Source: Trypanosoma brucei
Taxonomy: Eukaryota
Reading direction: 5' to 3'
Assembly (NCBI GenBank): GCA_000002445.1
Contig: CH464492.1
Span: 222,309 to 286,308, forward strand
Length of the DNA: 64,000 bases
Shown here piece after piece: positions 1 through 12,339 of the stretch. The position numbers were made by a program, and so were the translations under genes. The notes beneath the pieces were generated by a model. That model was not told the DNA's origin. It ran no database searches and worked only from the letters and a program-made list of their open reading frames with translations. Within the stretch, counting starts at the first letter, position 1; the number at the start of each line of letters is the position of its first letter.

Positions 1-720
1 ACAGACAGACTAATGCCGTCACTGCACTTTTGACTTTCTTTGAGGCGGCCTCCCCGACACAGACGTTCTCTCTGGCATCTCTGTTGATGGCGCATCCGAA
101 CGCTTCGTCCTGTGTTACCGACGCTGGTGTCGCCGTTGAGACACCAAAGGCTGCTTCTTTGATTTTGTTTATTGCTATCGTTTCCGTTAGCTTCTCCGCT
201 CCTGTAGATAGCTGCAGCAACCGCTTTTTGAGTTTCCACGCCTTTTCCGCTACTGATTTCAGTTTTGCGTGGGCTAGTTTTTTGGCTTTTCCGAATAATT
301 TTAAAGCTGCTTCTTCTTTTAGCTTATTTTCTACCGTTGGCTTGCAAAGGCTTCTGCAGCTGCTTTCCAATCCGCCCAGTGCTCTGCAAAATCCGAGATT
401 TTTTTGTGGTAGTCCTGTGCATCAGCGTGCACTTTTGACTTTTTTCCATCCTTGTAGAAACTGTCTTGCCATTCACGCTCCGCTGTGGAGAAATTTAAGG
501 CCTTTATATAGTTGTAGGCTTCAGTGTCTATTACCGGCTTTTGTGCGACCTCTATTTTTCCCTGCGCCAGAGCTACGAAGGTACAGAGAGCTGTGTTTTT
601 TTTTTTGTTTGCTCCTTCTGCTATGTTGCCACCCCTGGCGCCAGCACCGGTCCAGGTTACCAGTATTGCGAAACAATTTACTGTTCATCGACACTTTTCC
701 ACTTCTTGTGTATCTTCTTG
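1..720 (-). pseudogene. VSG: VSG N-terminal-domain fragment with no ATG at the expected start; a paralog of the VSG at 40890-42375; its 3' part runs off the window
   Basis: Minus-strand translation gives helix-rich VSG-like stretches (LKEEAALKLFGKAKKLAHAKLKSVAEKAWKLKK; EWQDSFYKDGKK...HWADWKAAAEAF), colinear with residues ~1-140 of VSG-J (RRYTRS vs MRSYTRY; W..W.KAAKA). Frames are broken around a T13 run at 596-610. Confidence 0.4.
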
Positions 721-866
721 GTGAGGTTATCTGTGTTATAGTCGCCTCCTTAGTTTTATTATTATAAAGCCTTTGGGATGCAAAGTATTTATTGTTTGTG
801 AACAGGTACCAAGCTAGAAAGATGCGATGTAGTGCTTTAGTGTAGTATTCAGCATTGAAATTCGTG

Positions 867-1952
867 TTAACATGATGTTATTTCTCTGGTTTTAAATTTA
901 TTTCGTGCCGGCGCTTCATTTGTTTTTTGTGGGTTCCTCATTAGCCACTTGTAGTCATCTTCTGTAATATGGTGGAAAACAATAAGTTTAGGATTGCCTT
1001 TTACAAATCGACTTAGTGGCCTTTCCACATGCGTTACATAATGACAATCTTGCATAACCACTGTCAGTAAACCTTCAAATTTCAATTTGTTCCTTATAAG
1101 TTCTCCAATCATTATATTCTCGTTCAGTACAGCATATTCAATATATTTGTCAAAGTTTCGAAAACTCACTCTGCTGAATAATAGTTTGTAAATGGCCGAA
1201 TATCCGACTATTTCTCCCACGATATATCTTGAAATTGTATTTGCATACCCAACAACATACCACGTTAGTTTTCCAATATACTCGTTAAGTTCACCCAATG
1301 CCCTCCCCATATTTAATTTCTCTCGTGGAAGCACCTCCAGATATTTTAGATACAAAGGCACTCTCATAAATATATCATCATCTGCCCTCATTACATAGGA
1401 AATAGTTGGTTTAAATATTTCAACTGCAAATTTGAACCACAAATATGTTTTTCTACTCATCGTGAGTTCCGCTTCCCATCCCCAATTACCCGGCTCTCCC
1501 ACTTTCTTATTTGTTGTTGGATTCACATCACAAACAGGTAAAATAATAACATCTTGATTTGAATATCCTTTCTCTCCAACACTTTCTCTGAGTTAGCAAT
1601 TGTTGTTTGTATGAGGTTAAAGGGCATATACTATAATCAACTTCCCACTAAAATTATTTGACTTCTTCGCAACTTCAGGATAACTCCAACAAGTTTCTCT
1701 ATGTAAGATTCTCCTTCTAAATCTTTTATCATTATCTATTGAAGGTATTCCAGCCACAACCAAATAATCTTCGTTTTTACAAATCTTCCTCACATCCTTC
1801 AAAACAAATCTCATATACTCATCCTCGACAATTTTAAGTGAAATGGATTTACCTTCACTAAACAAGCTGTATAGCGATACAAATAAACTAATCCCCATGA
1901 CAACAAAAGATAAACAGCATACTTTTGCATAGATACTTTCTATATGGTGCAT
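867..1952 (-). pseudogene. Beta-1,3-glycosyltransferase-like (GT31-type, trypanosome UDP-Gal/UDP-GlcNAc-dependent GT family) pseudogene, copy 1
   Basis: ATG at 1952, signal-anchor MHHIESIYAKVCCLSFVVMGISLFVSL, then the beta3GT motif RFRRRILHRETCW and the DxD motif MRADDDIFMRVP. The frame is continuous from 1952 to 867 but carries two in-frame stops at about 1590-1619. Confidence 0.7.
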
Positions 1953-2663
1953 AGCATACTACTTCCATGTTACTAGAAAACTATGAATGTTTATAAAATT
2001 AAAGTAGATATTAAGAAAATAAGTAAGTTTTATTTACTAAGGTGTTTACATAAGTAATTCCATGATATTATGATGAGTAAGCTGTTAAAAAGATTGTAGT
2101 AATGTCCCGCAGCTTATCTCTGAGAACGAATCTATGATCAGAGTTTTAGAAATTACCTTGAGCCGCATATAGTTCTGCTACACACTATTAATACTGCTGT
2201 CCCATAGAATACTTCACATTTCTCCTCTATGTATTTTTCTCAAATTACAGTAGTTACCTGCATCAATGTGTTCAAAAACGATAATAATTATACTTTTTTG
2301 CTGTCTCAGCTACAACAACCTGTATTGGCATGACTCCTGCATCATCAGAACTTTTGAAACTTCTGTAGTTGCCGTCGTGGACAAAATAGTGACACCGTCT
2401 GGGCTGCACACTTCACTTTCCTTCTTACTTATTTTTCTCTCTGTCATCTCAATGTGTATAATGATGCTCGTCGGAAAATTTTTGTTTGATACTCCATATA
2501 ATCCGTCTCTTTTCTCATTTTTCTCTACCGTCCTGCATGTCTTTTAATAATATACCTTTCCCTGTTTGTTTCTTCCTGTCACTAACTGGTTCTGTCATTC
2601 ACTTCTTCTCATTGCATTCTTTCCATTGTTTAAAGCGTGAGTACTTTTTTCCAGTCGTTGATA

Positions 2664-2720
2664 AAACCGCTCATTATAATATTAGTATATAAACGCTCAC
2701 AACACTCTTCTATCTTCATT
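2664..2720 (-). repeat. Degenerate single 70-bp repeat, minus orientation
   Basis: cattataatattagtatataaacgctcacaacactcttctatc... is the reverse complement of the GTGTTGTGAG...TATACGAATATTATAATAAG core. Confidence 0.5.
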
Positions 2721-2972
2721 ATGGTTATGACTGTTGTTATTTCCATTTTAAAAATTACTATTTATTTTACTAACAAATATCCTTAATATAAATTATAATA
2801 GCACTCCTTTGCATACCATATCATCCTACTACTCTACACCCATAGGATATTTGCATGTATACTTTATAAAAAAATAGTTTTCAAACGTCATTAAATGTGT
2901 TATAAAATATATATTTAGCAAAGCGTCTGAAAAAACAAAAGTTCATACATTTTACAAATTTGAAAAAAATCC

Positions 2973-4504
2973 TTAATATGCTACAAAGCTCACAAAAGAA
3001 GCAGCTATTAGAGCTAATTGCTTGTTGAGGATAATGCTTGAATCTTTGCACTCTTTGCCTTTCCATTTGCAACCATCTGTGCATTCTTTTTGTTCCTTCC
3101 CTTTGCGTTTTTCTATTTTTGTTTCAGACCCTCCTGTTTGAGTTTGTGTTGCAGGGACTCCACTTTTTTCAGCTTTTGTTGAATTAAATTTGCACTTTTT
3201 ATTTGTGTCGGTTTCTGTTTCGTTATAACTGCAGTAAGGCTTGTTGTTGCATTCAGTTTCGCCTTTCATTTTGTTGCATTGCTCCTCCGGTGCTTTGCTT
3301 TTGTCGGCCACTTGTTGCGCTTGAGCTGCTGAGACGGCTGTCTTATCATCGGTCCGGTCGAGGTGTGCGACAATCATTGCCGCTTTTTTCTGAAGCGCCT
3401 TTATGCGTGCTGCTACTCGTGTTCTTTCCCTTGTGAGCTCGGCATCGCGTTCTAATCGTTTTTTTGCAGCTTCTAAGGTCCGCAGCCACGTTAGGTCCTC
3501 TGTTGGCGCAGTTGCAGTCTTTACCTGCATTCCTGCGAGGTTGACGCATGCCTTGCCGCTTTCTTTTGCACAGTTTGGGTTGTTCCCTGGTGTGCCGATT
3601 ACTAGCGATTCACCGCTGGCGTGGCTGTGATGCTTGATTATTGTCTGAACTGAAGTTACCGCTGCTGCTAGTGTTGCTGCGTCGAGCTTTGGTGGTGCTT
3701 TCGCTTTGCACACACTGTGTATGTGGCCCCAGATCGCCTGCTTGTTTGTGTCTGCCCACGTCCATCCGCTGGGATCTGGGCTTGCGCTCGTGCCGCAGAC
3801 CTGTTTGTTTTGTGTTCCGTCCTGCGCGCAGAGACACAACATTGAAATACATATTGCTTCTCCAGCCTTTGGTAGCTTGCAGTCGGTTGCCTTTGTGCCA
3901 CCGAGTGTTGGTGTGCATTCGGGCGTTGGGCTGCCAGTGGGCGCTTTGCTGCTGTATACTGCCTGTTTTACGTATTCTGCTGCTGTCATCGCTAGTTCTG
4001 GTGGGATTTCCGCTAGCTCACGGTTGTAATTGTCTTTAAGCTCTAGTGCTTGTTCCACCGCTGCACTGATAGCGATTGTGGCCGCCCTTCCGGTGGGTGA
4101 AAAAAGCTTGGTGTCGCTAAATTTCTTATATTTTTGGTTGTTTTCTTTTGCATGCATTGCAATGTTCAGTGCTTCCCACCGCTCGTATTGTGTTGAGCAG
4201 GTCTCGCCTGGGGTGTTTGAAGGCAAGGTTCCGGCTCCGGGGTGTCTGTTGTAGCCACAGTCTTCAACTTTCCCCGCCAAGAGTTTGGTGCTACCGATAA
4301 GTTCAGTCTTTCGAGTTCGTCGCTTACCTCTTCCGTTAATGGTTTTGGGAGCTCGTCGGTTATGCCCGTATCGGCGAGGATAACCAGCTGGCACAGGGTT
4401 TGTAGTTCTAGTACGTTCACATGTTCGTCGGTAGCTGTGAACGCTACTTCTGGCGCCAGAAGCACCGCTATTAGTGCTGCTGTTTTTGTATACATTTGTT
4501 TCAT
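2973..4504 (-). pseudogene. VSG: VSG pseudogene (A), ~510 codons, frameshift in the 4166-4394 overlap
   Basis: ATG at 4504 with signal peptide MKQMYTKTAALIAVLLAPEVAFTA. The body is Cys-spaced and Ala/Thr-rich. The C-terminal domain reads CSYNETETDTNKKCKFNSTK...CKWKGKECKDSSIILNKQLALIAASFVSFVAY (GPI signal). The N-terminal ORF 4166..4504 and main ORF 2973..4394 are in different frames. Confidence 0.8.
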
Positions 4505-5439
4505 TTATTTGCTTTTGCTGTTAGTGATGACAGCTTTTGATGCTAGGAGCAATGAGCTGTTGACGTTGCGGGCTTGGCTTTAGTGTAGAATGGTAAAATA
4601 TAGAGGGAGTTTGGTACCTTATTGCGATTGGAATATTTCGTTGAAGGAACTGCTGGTTTTCAATTTGTCTCCCAGTTTGCTTTGCTGTCAGCCGTTACAT
4701 GTTGTATTTTTCACCGGTTGGCCTTCAGATGTTGTATCTGCAGCGTTGTTGGTTTACTTCAACATCTATTCGACGTTCTTTCGAAGCAACTCTCTCTGTG
4801 TTTGCCGCGTTTTCTATTTAAACTTCAAATTCTAAACTACAGTATGCTACAAAACGCTGAGTTAACGTTATGAAAACCTATTAAATCACACTGTGTTGAC
4901 GTTAGGCGCATTCGTAAGTTATTCTAGAAAACATCAAAAGACTGTCAATACTAATAAATATACTTGTAAAAATTTATGATGCTGCCTAATTGTTGTCATC
5001 CTACCAGCCGCTGATTACATGCGTTTTCGTAGTTCACATGTCGCTTCTACAGTTGCTTTTTTGTTCTATTGTTTTTATAACTAACAGCGTGTAAGCATTA
5101 TGTCTCTGAGGATAAGGTACCTTACTAACCGTACTGTATGTCTTACCCAGGTTGAGGTAACGCTTATTTACGGGATTCACATCTGCGTTGGTGTCCCTAT
5201 GGTTTTTTCACTTCCTTTGCTATAGCGGTTGTACGTTTCGCTGCAAAATTCGACTCAAAAGTTGCTACTTCCTTTGCCGGGTACCATATTTCCTACCATT
5301 TAGTTGCTGCAGGACTTTCACAATCTGCAGCTGAACATCTCTTTATACGCTGTCCGTATTCAAATTAAGCATAATATTTTCTTCCACATACACCTCGCCT
5401 TTCAATTCTTGGATTACTGGATGTTTTATTCCAACAATG

Positions 5440-5525
5440 ATACACACTCACAACACTCTTCTATCATTATTATCATTATTATTATCACTTTTATTATTAT
5501 CACTTTTATTATTATTATAACTTTA
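5440..5525 (-). repeat. 70-bp repeat(s), minus orientation, upstream of VSG-A
   Basis: cacactcacaacactcttctatcattattatcattattattatcac... (TTA-rich tail). Confidence 0.7.
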
Positions 5526-5782
5526 AGTTGCACCTAATATCTATCGTACGCACAAAACAAAATAAATATGAATACTAGTCAATTTCTATATTTATCACTC
5601 TACTACTTTACATTTATGGGCCAAACAAAAGTTCATTTTACTAGTATTTCTGTTTAATTTTTACTAATTTTACATTTTTATCAAAAAATGGTTAGAACAG
5701 TCAAATTATAGCAAATTCTTAGGAAAATGAATTTTCTAAAACTTCAACGAACGGAGATAAAATTCTTAAAAACTTTAGAATT

Positions 5783-7267
5783 CTAAAATGTTCCCAAATT
5801 TATAGATGCAGAAGCAATGAAAACCAATTTCTTATTGACGAGGAAACTGCCATTTCGGCACTTTTTTGTATCGTTGTCATCTTTACTATCTTTACCTTTT
5901 ATAAATACACAATTGTCTCTGCCACCTGCTTTATCATTATCACAGTTCGTTTTGGTTTGATGTCTTGCACATCCCGTTTCTCCTGTTCCCTCTGTTGGTC
6001 TCTCTCTTACTTGTTCTGCTGCCTTTTTAGGGTCTAATGAGCATTTTTTAGTTTTATCAGTGGTATTCTCGTCCCATTTGAAGGGTTCTGTGCACTCGGC
6101 TTTTGACTGGTGTTTGTTGCAATCCTTCTCAGTCACTTGTATTTTTGTTGGTCCCTGGCCGCTTGCAGATTGAAGAGTTCCTTGAAGTTCGAGTAAACCG
6201 ACTGCTTTCCAGGCTAGGCGAGTGTGACTTTTTAATTCAGCACGTAGCGCTTCTAGTTTTTCTCTGCTCGCCTAGGCCTGTTTTAACTTCGCTGCTGCCG
6301 TCGTTAGCGCTGATACCCATGGGATCTTCATTACGGTGCCGCCGGCTACAGTTTTTGTGTAATCTACGCAGATCGTGCTGGAGTCTGCGCCGCTGCAGTC
6401 TGCCCCGGCGCCTTGGCCGAGTATGAAATGTATCGAGTTGCCGCTGTTGCCAGTGTAGGCTGAATTGCCCAGCTCAGACTCGAAAAGGCTTATTGCTGTC
6501 TGTAGCAGTTCTGGTGTCGCCTCGATGGTTGGTTCGAATGCCGGACATTTTGCTGCAATGGTTGTGTATGCTGTTAGCGCTGCTTGGTTTTTGGCTGCTG
6601 TCCCTGCGACGTAGCTTGTGTCGGTTAGGCTTTTGATGCAAAGGTCGGCGCTTTGCGATGTGCCGCTGCATAGGCAAATCAGGTCGGCCGCTAGGCTTTT
6701 GCCCGCTTCTCCGGCCGCGCTTTCAGTACACGCATTCGCTCGAGTGTCAAAGTCATCTTTCGTGGGAGTGGCCCTGTCTGGGTTACCTGTTATTGCTTGT
6801 GCCAAGTTTTGGCGCGCTTCTTTTGTTAGGGTTTCAGATGCCTGCTTCGCTGCTCTTATGTCCGCTACTATTTTATTGCTTTCGTTGTATATTTTGTAAA
6901 GATTGAAGTTTACCATGCGCTTTATTGGAGAGTCTGCAGCTAGCTTGTAAACTAATCTGCTGTGTTCGTCCTTTGCCGTCGCGATGTGTTCCTTCAGATT
7001 CTTAAAGTCTGTTTCGACAGTAAATACCCCGAAGGTTTTGTTTTGGTAATCACTGGTGTCTAAAGTGGTTGCGTACAAAGCCCGTACAACTTCCGGCACT
7101 TTGTCGTTACTGTCGTCACCCAGATACACCGCATCTGTTACTGTTGCCCTTGCCGCCCTCAGTGCCGAGCAAAGCGTCGCGAACTTTTTTGCATTTTCCG
7201 CGGTTCCGTTGCCGCGGTTTGTGAGTACACCGCTCAAAAAGATCAGCAAAGGGTAATAGAGCTTCAT
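5783..7267 (-). pseudogene. VSG: VSG pseudogene (B), 494 codons, interrupted only by one in-frame TAG
   Basis: ATG at 7267 with signal peptide MKLYYPLLIFLSGVL; type-B-like N-domain (FATLCSALRAARA, CVDYTKT). There is an in-frame TAG at 6272-6274. The same frame continues to the GPI signal GSFLVNKKLVFIASASINLGTF ending at 5783. Confidence 0.85.
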
Positions 7268-7449
7268 AGTCTGCTTGCAACTGTGTTCCCTTCTAATCTT
7301 GGTCTGCCGCTTTTCTTCGTTGGCAGTTAGCGTTCTGTTAGCATTATCTTAATTGCAAACCAAATGTGAAAGGAAGCTGGCTACGGTGTTTCAACTTTGC
7401 ACCGCAGGAAAATTGGCTCACCTTATTCGTGACATTAGCAGTTAAGTTC

Positions 7450-8504
7450 TTGCATTGGTAGTAGCACGCTGCATTTGCTGCGTCATTCACAACTTCTTTG
7501 CTCTAAACAAGCCCCCTTTCTTAAATGAACTGTCACAAATTTCTTCATATACAAAATCAAATTTCTCTCCACCTACTACATTAGTTTCTATTTTTCTCAT
7601 ACCCTTCGAATTAAATTTTCTTTCTTTCAACTCTTTATACCAAGTAAGATTTTTCACAATCAGTCTTGCTTTCTCCTCTCATGCAATTGGTTGACCTGGA
7701 AAATGAATGAATGGGGCTTGTCCAATCACCCCACTACTGGGAATAGTAAAAAATCTTTCCTCATAATCCAATCCAATTATTCCTCTCTTCAAACCAAATA
7801 TCTTTGCCCAACAGCTTCTTCCTGAATTACACACCATATTAGCAATGGTTTGTAAATACTTTGTTCTGGCGACCATTTGTCGCTTCTTTTTAATAACTCT
7901 CCGGATGTACATTCAAATTTCCTAAATGCCCAAAATCTTGCTATTAAACCACCACTAAGATAAGGTTTTCCACTTGGAGATGATTTCAGTAAATGAGGTA
8001 ATTTTGTGTGTTTCTCTTTTCTGTCACTGACATTAAAAACCAATAGCATCTTACTCTATAGTCTTTGTGATCTGAGCTCATAAGCAAATCAAACTGAGGA
8101 GTATAACACTCTGATGTTGTCATGGAAAAATATTCCACAGTATTTTCATATTTTCTCCATCAGAAACAATAAAATCAGATCCATCCAAATGAATTACAAT
8201 ATCCTTATTACTTGCATTCTGTTTCTCTAAAAATTTCATAACCCATTTAGACTTTTTAACATGACTATACAAACTTCCAATTGCAATTGTAATAATTTCA
8301 ACATTGCTTAGTTTGGAACTCAATATGAGTCTACACCATCCTTGTGCTGCATGAGTTTGAACAACAACAACAAATACTCTATGTTTCTTAGAGTCATTCT
8401 CTATTATATTTGTTATAATTGCCTTTATGTGTTATTGAATTTTTATAGCTTTAATATACTACATGTAACAGTAATAGTAAAGTTCTCAAAATAATAAATC
8501 TCAT
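7450..8504 (-). pseudogene. ESAG3: ESAG3-like pseudogene, copy a (family assignment tentative)
   Basis: ATG at 8504 with hydrophobic N-terminus MRFIILRTLLLLLHVVY followed by stops. Conserved block RVFVVVVQTHAAQGWCRLILSSKLSNVEIITIAIGSLYSHVKKSKWVMKFLEKQNASNKDIVIHLDGSDFIVSD (D-x-D motif). Multiple stops and frameshifts downstream. Length ~1.05 kb. Confidence 0.5.
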
Positions 8505-9258
8505 GACGTAATCTTTCTTTAAAATTTAAGCGCGTTATAAGAAAACTATTAGAAACCTTAATAAAGAAAAAACGTTGCGAGACTCACTGTTAAATTAAGG
8601 AAACAGCATTTTAATATATGAGTATTTACTTTATATTGTTATGTTGTTTATGTTGAGTGTATTTTCAGCGTATGAACATTATCTTTCATTAGTTACCCAC
8701 AGTGTTTTCTATGTCAGTTTTAGTTACACCTAGTTCTGTAACCTACGTGAATTTCACTATTTGTTGCATTTACATTTCTTTTCTATGTATTTCTATTGTT
8801 ATTTAAGTTGGTATTCATACTATTCCCTTTGTATAAGCTAAAAAGTTTACTCTTTTACTTTTATAAGTGCTTCGTCCATTCGCTTTTGTCACAATATTAA
8901 TATCACTATTGCTCTATAAGTTACTTCTAACATTGTAGCTGCTCCATTTACAAAATAACACTCGTTTATTCTGTATCAACTACGTGGTGTCATTGGTTTC
9001 TTTTTTTATTCGGCGCTACGCTTTACTGTGCGATACTCTGTCGTTTCACTCTGTATTTTCTTTCTTGTTTTCTGTTATACTATCGCTCTTTCAGTGGAAA
9101 AGATAGTAGCTCCATTTGTCCACTACACTAGACTCTGTCTCTTCCTACTCCATTGTTCAATTAAAAACCTCCTTGTTGTCAACAATGATGTTTATCGTCA
9201 TGTTTAAGTTTGAAACTGTGCATATTTCAATCCTTTCTCATTTTTCCACTTTATTTCT

Positions 9259-9416
9259 CATAATAATAATAATAATAATAATAATAATAGAAGACTGTTG
9301 TGAGTATGTGTGTGTATACGAATATTATAATAAGATAAGTAATAATGATAATAGTTATAATAATAATAGAAAAGTGTTGTGAGTGTGTATATATACGAAT
9401 ATTATAATAAGAGCAG

Positions 9417-9447
<31 letters not shown>

Positions 9448-9739
9448 GATAGTAATAATAGGAGAGTGTTGTGAGTGTGTGTATATACGAATATTATAAT
9501 AAGAGCAGTAATAATGATTTTAGTTATAATAATAATAGGAGAGTGTTGTGAGTGTGTGTATATACGAATATTATAATAAGAGCAGTAATAATGATTTTAG
9601 TTATAATAATAATAGAAAAGTGTTGTGAGTGTGAGTATATACTCATTTTATAATAAGAGCAGTAATAATGATAATAGTTATAATAATAATAGAAAAGTGT
9701 TGTGAGTGTGTATATATACGAATATTATAATAAGAGCAG

Positions 9740-9770
<31 letters not shown>

Positions 9771-10072
9771 GATAGTAATAATAGGAGAGTGTTGTGAGTG
9801 TGTGTATATACTCATTTTATGATAAGAGCAGTAATAATGATAATAATGATAATAATAATAGAAAAGTGTTGTGAGTGTGTATATATACGAATATTATAAT
9901 AAGATAAGTAATAATAATAATAAATAATGATAATAATAATAATAATAGGAGAGTGTTGTGAGTGTGAGTATATACGAATATTATAATAAGAGCAGTAATA
10001 ATGATAATAGTTATAATAATAATAGAAAAGTGTTGTGAGTGTGTATATATACGAATATTATAATAAGAGCAG

Positions 10073-10103
<31 letters not shown>

Positions 10104-10215
10104 GATAGTAATAATAGGAGAGTGTTGTGAGTGTGAGTATATACGAATATTATAATGAGAGCAGTATTAATAATAATGATAATAATAATTATAATAAGAG
10201 AGTGTTGTGAGTGTT
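9259..10215 (+). repeat. 70-bp repeat array, ~12 units, plus orientation (opposite to every other 70-bp repeat in the window)
   Basis: Tandem units (TAA)n-GGAGAGTGTTGTGAGTGTGT(G)TATATACGAATATTATAATAAGAGCAGTAATAAT(GAT)n, 77-90 bp each, with variable TAA/GAT tracts. Confidence 0.85.
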
Positions 10216-10367
10216 CAATGAGAGTACGTGACTAAGAGAGGTTAAGGAATGTTTTTGAGTGTAACGCAGAAAAAGAGAGGGGGGGTGGACGAATTTACAC
10301 TGTTTTCATGCACAACAATGAAAATATAAATTTTATTACATAAGGAGGTCATATTTTGTTAAATGAT

Positions 10368-10660
10368 GTAGGGTTGGGGTTAATTATACACGATAACTAG
10401 CGGTTTTGCTGTATACGCAAATAATGAAAGGAATATAAGAAAAAGTACAAATAAAGATACTGAGTAAACAAGAAAATGCTCGATAGTACAAAATTACGCA
10501 AAAGAAAGTGATAAGATAAGATATTGTGCTTTTTATTTTACTCGAAACGGATAGGTCGTACTGCATATACGATGGTGGCATCAGCAAGAATAGCAGTAGT
10601 TCGTCAGGCCACGTTGATGGGTGTATCATGACAAAACTGGATGGTTAGGGTTAGGGTTAC
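10368..10660 (+). repeat. Short telomere-like hexamer motifs (TAGGGTTGGGGTTA at 10368-10382; GGTTAGGGTTAGGGTTAC at 10643-10660), G-strand on plus
   Basis: Seen directly; two to three hexamers each, lying downstream of the plus-oriented 70-bp array. Confidence 0.5.
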
Positions 10661-11038
10661 AGAAAAACATCGCAATACAATTAAACCTATAAGTACCCCA
10701 ATATATCGCAGTTCCAATTGTAAAGTATACAGTTTAAAAGTGAAAAATGGAAGTGACACAGGTATGCACGTAATGTGCGGAACTTTGTGTGGGTAAAAAA
10801 GACTCTCAAAGCATAAATAGTTGTCACATGCCCAAAGATAAGCTGCGGACAATGAACATGCATCCTTCAACAGCTACATCAAAACAATACTAGAGCTTTA
10901 CTTATGTTTTTAAGCACTGTTTCTTTACATAAGAACATTTATTATGCAAGTGATTTCTTTTCTCAATGTTTCTAAGTTTCTCTCACAACAATCATAATTT
11001 TAGAGATAGAAAAAGGATACAACACTTGGTATTTTTAA

Positions 11039-12095
11039 ATGTTTCATTAGTTCTGTTGCAATTACTGTGTTTGAGCACTATATCTCTTTAGAAGAACACT
11101 AAAGAACATGTTACAGAGAGTGATTATAAGAAACCCATAACGTTTGTTGTTGTAGTTCAAACGGATGCAACTCAAAGATGGTGCAAACTCATATTGAGTT
11201 CCAAATTAAGTAACATCGAAATTATTACAATTGCGATGGGAGGTTTGTATAGCAATGTTAATAGACCTAGATGAGTTATGTAATATTTAGAGATACAGAA
11301 TGTAAGTTATGATGATGTTGTCATAACTGTTGATGGTTCGGACGTTATTGTGTCTGATAGAAATAAATATGAGACTTCTGCTGTATACTTTATACAGAAT
11401 ACTTCAGACAGTGAAAATAAGTTTATTGAAGATAATGCACAGAAATGCTATTGGTTTTTAATGTCAGTGACAGAAAAGAGGAGGATAATAAGATACCTTA
11501 TTTACTAAAATCACATCATAGTGGCAAACCTTACCTTAGTGGAGGTGATTTGATAGCGAGAGTAAGGGCATTTAAGAAATTTGAATGTGCATCTGGAGAG
11601 TTATTAAAAAGAAGCGACAAATGATCGTCAGAACAAAGTATTTACAAACCTTTACTAATTTTGAGTGTTACACTGGAGAATGCTGTTGGACAAAAAATTT
11701 TTTTGCAGAGGGGAATGATTAGATTAGACTACAGGGAGAGATTCTTTTCTATTCTACATAGTGGAGAAGTCGAAAGCGCATCATTCATTCATTTTCCAGG
11801 ACAGCCTATAGCGTGGGAGGAGAAAGCAAAGTTAATTGTTAAAAATCTTACTTGGTATAAAGAGTTGAAAGAAAGAAAATTTAATTCGAAAGATCTGTAA
11901 AAAAAAATTGAAAATTTTTTCATAAATAGTAAGAAATGGGTATTGAATATGAAAATATTTGTGGTGAAGAATTTAGTGGTGTAGAGTTGTTTAAACCAAA
12001 TAAGTTGTACAAGCAAAAGAAAATGTTGAAGATTATTGAGGCTAAAACCGCTGTTTTCTCCATTTCGAAAGCGGATAATAAAACGTGTTTCCCAT
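11039..12095 (+). pseudogene. ESAG3: ESAG3-like pseudogene, copy b; its 3' end abuts or is truncated by the ingi insertion
   Basis: ATG at 11039 followed by a stop. Conserved block VVVQTDATQRWCKLILSSKLSNIEIITIAMGGLYSNV...VITVDGSDVIVSD. The 3' part ...LIVKNLTWYKELKERKFNSKDL...EMGIEYENICGEEFSGVELFKPNKL is colinear with copy a. Many stops and frameshifts. Confidence 0.5.
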
Positions 12096-12339
12096 TGGCG
12101 CCGTCCTGTTATTTACCCTGTCGATGCCGGCCACCTCAACGTGGTGCCAGGGTCCAGTACCCCGTATCATCGGTGGAAGCCAAGAGCCAGCAGCGTTCCT
12201 TTCATGGGGAACACTGCTGTGCTCCGGCTACGGCATCATACAGCACAGGGATCAGCAGCGTCTTGCTGGGACACCGTTTTTCATTTGTCGGTCCCTGGGC
12301 ACGTGCCAGCGTGCCATCAGCAGTATCATCCGCACTAAG

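Noticed and set aside
30-767. Long plus-strand ORFs in the track (30..767, 18894..19403, 25258..25710, 32498..33337, 45257..45829, 53078..53536, 61872..62366 and others), antisense to the VSGs
   Set aside because: They lie opposite GC-rich VSG coding sequence and give Cys/Leu/Ser-rich low-complexity translations with no recognisable domain. Many start at TTG/GTG/CTG, which the track translates as M. They are antisense artefacts.
9259-10215. Regularly spaced ~80-bp tandem array - CRISPR-like?
   Set aside because: The units are trypanosome 70-bp repeats with variable TAA/GAT tracts and no unique spacers, and the context is eukaryotic. It is not a CRISPR array.
10643-10660. Interstitial telomere tract
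   Set aside because: Only 2-3 hexamers at each site, which is too short to call a telomere repeat tract. Reported as motifs only.
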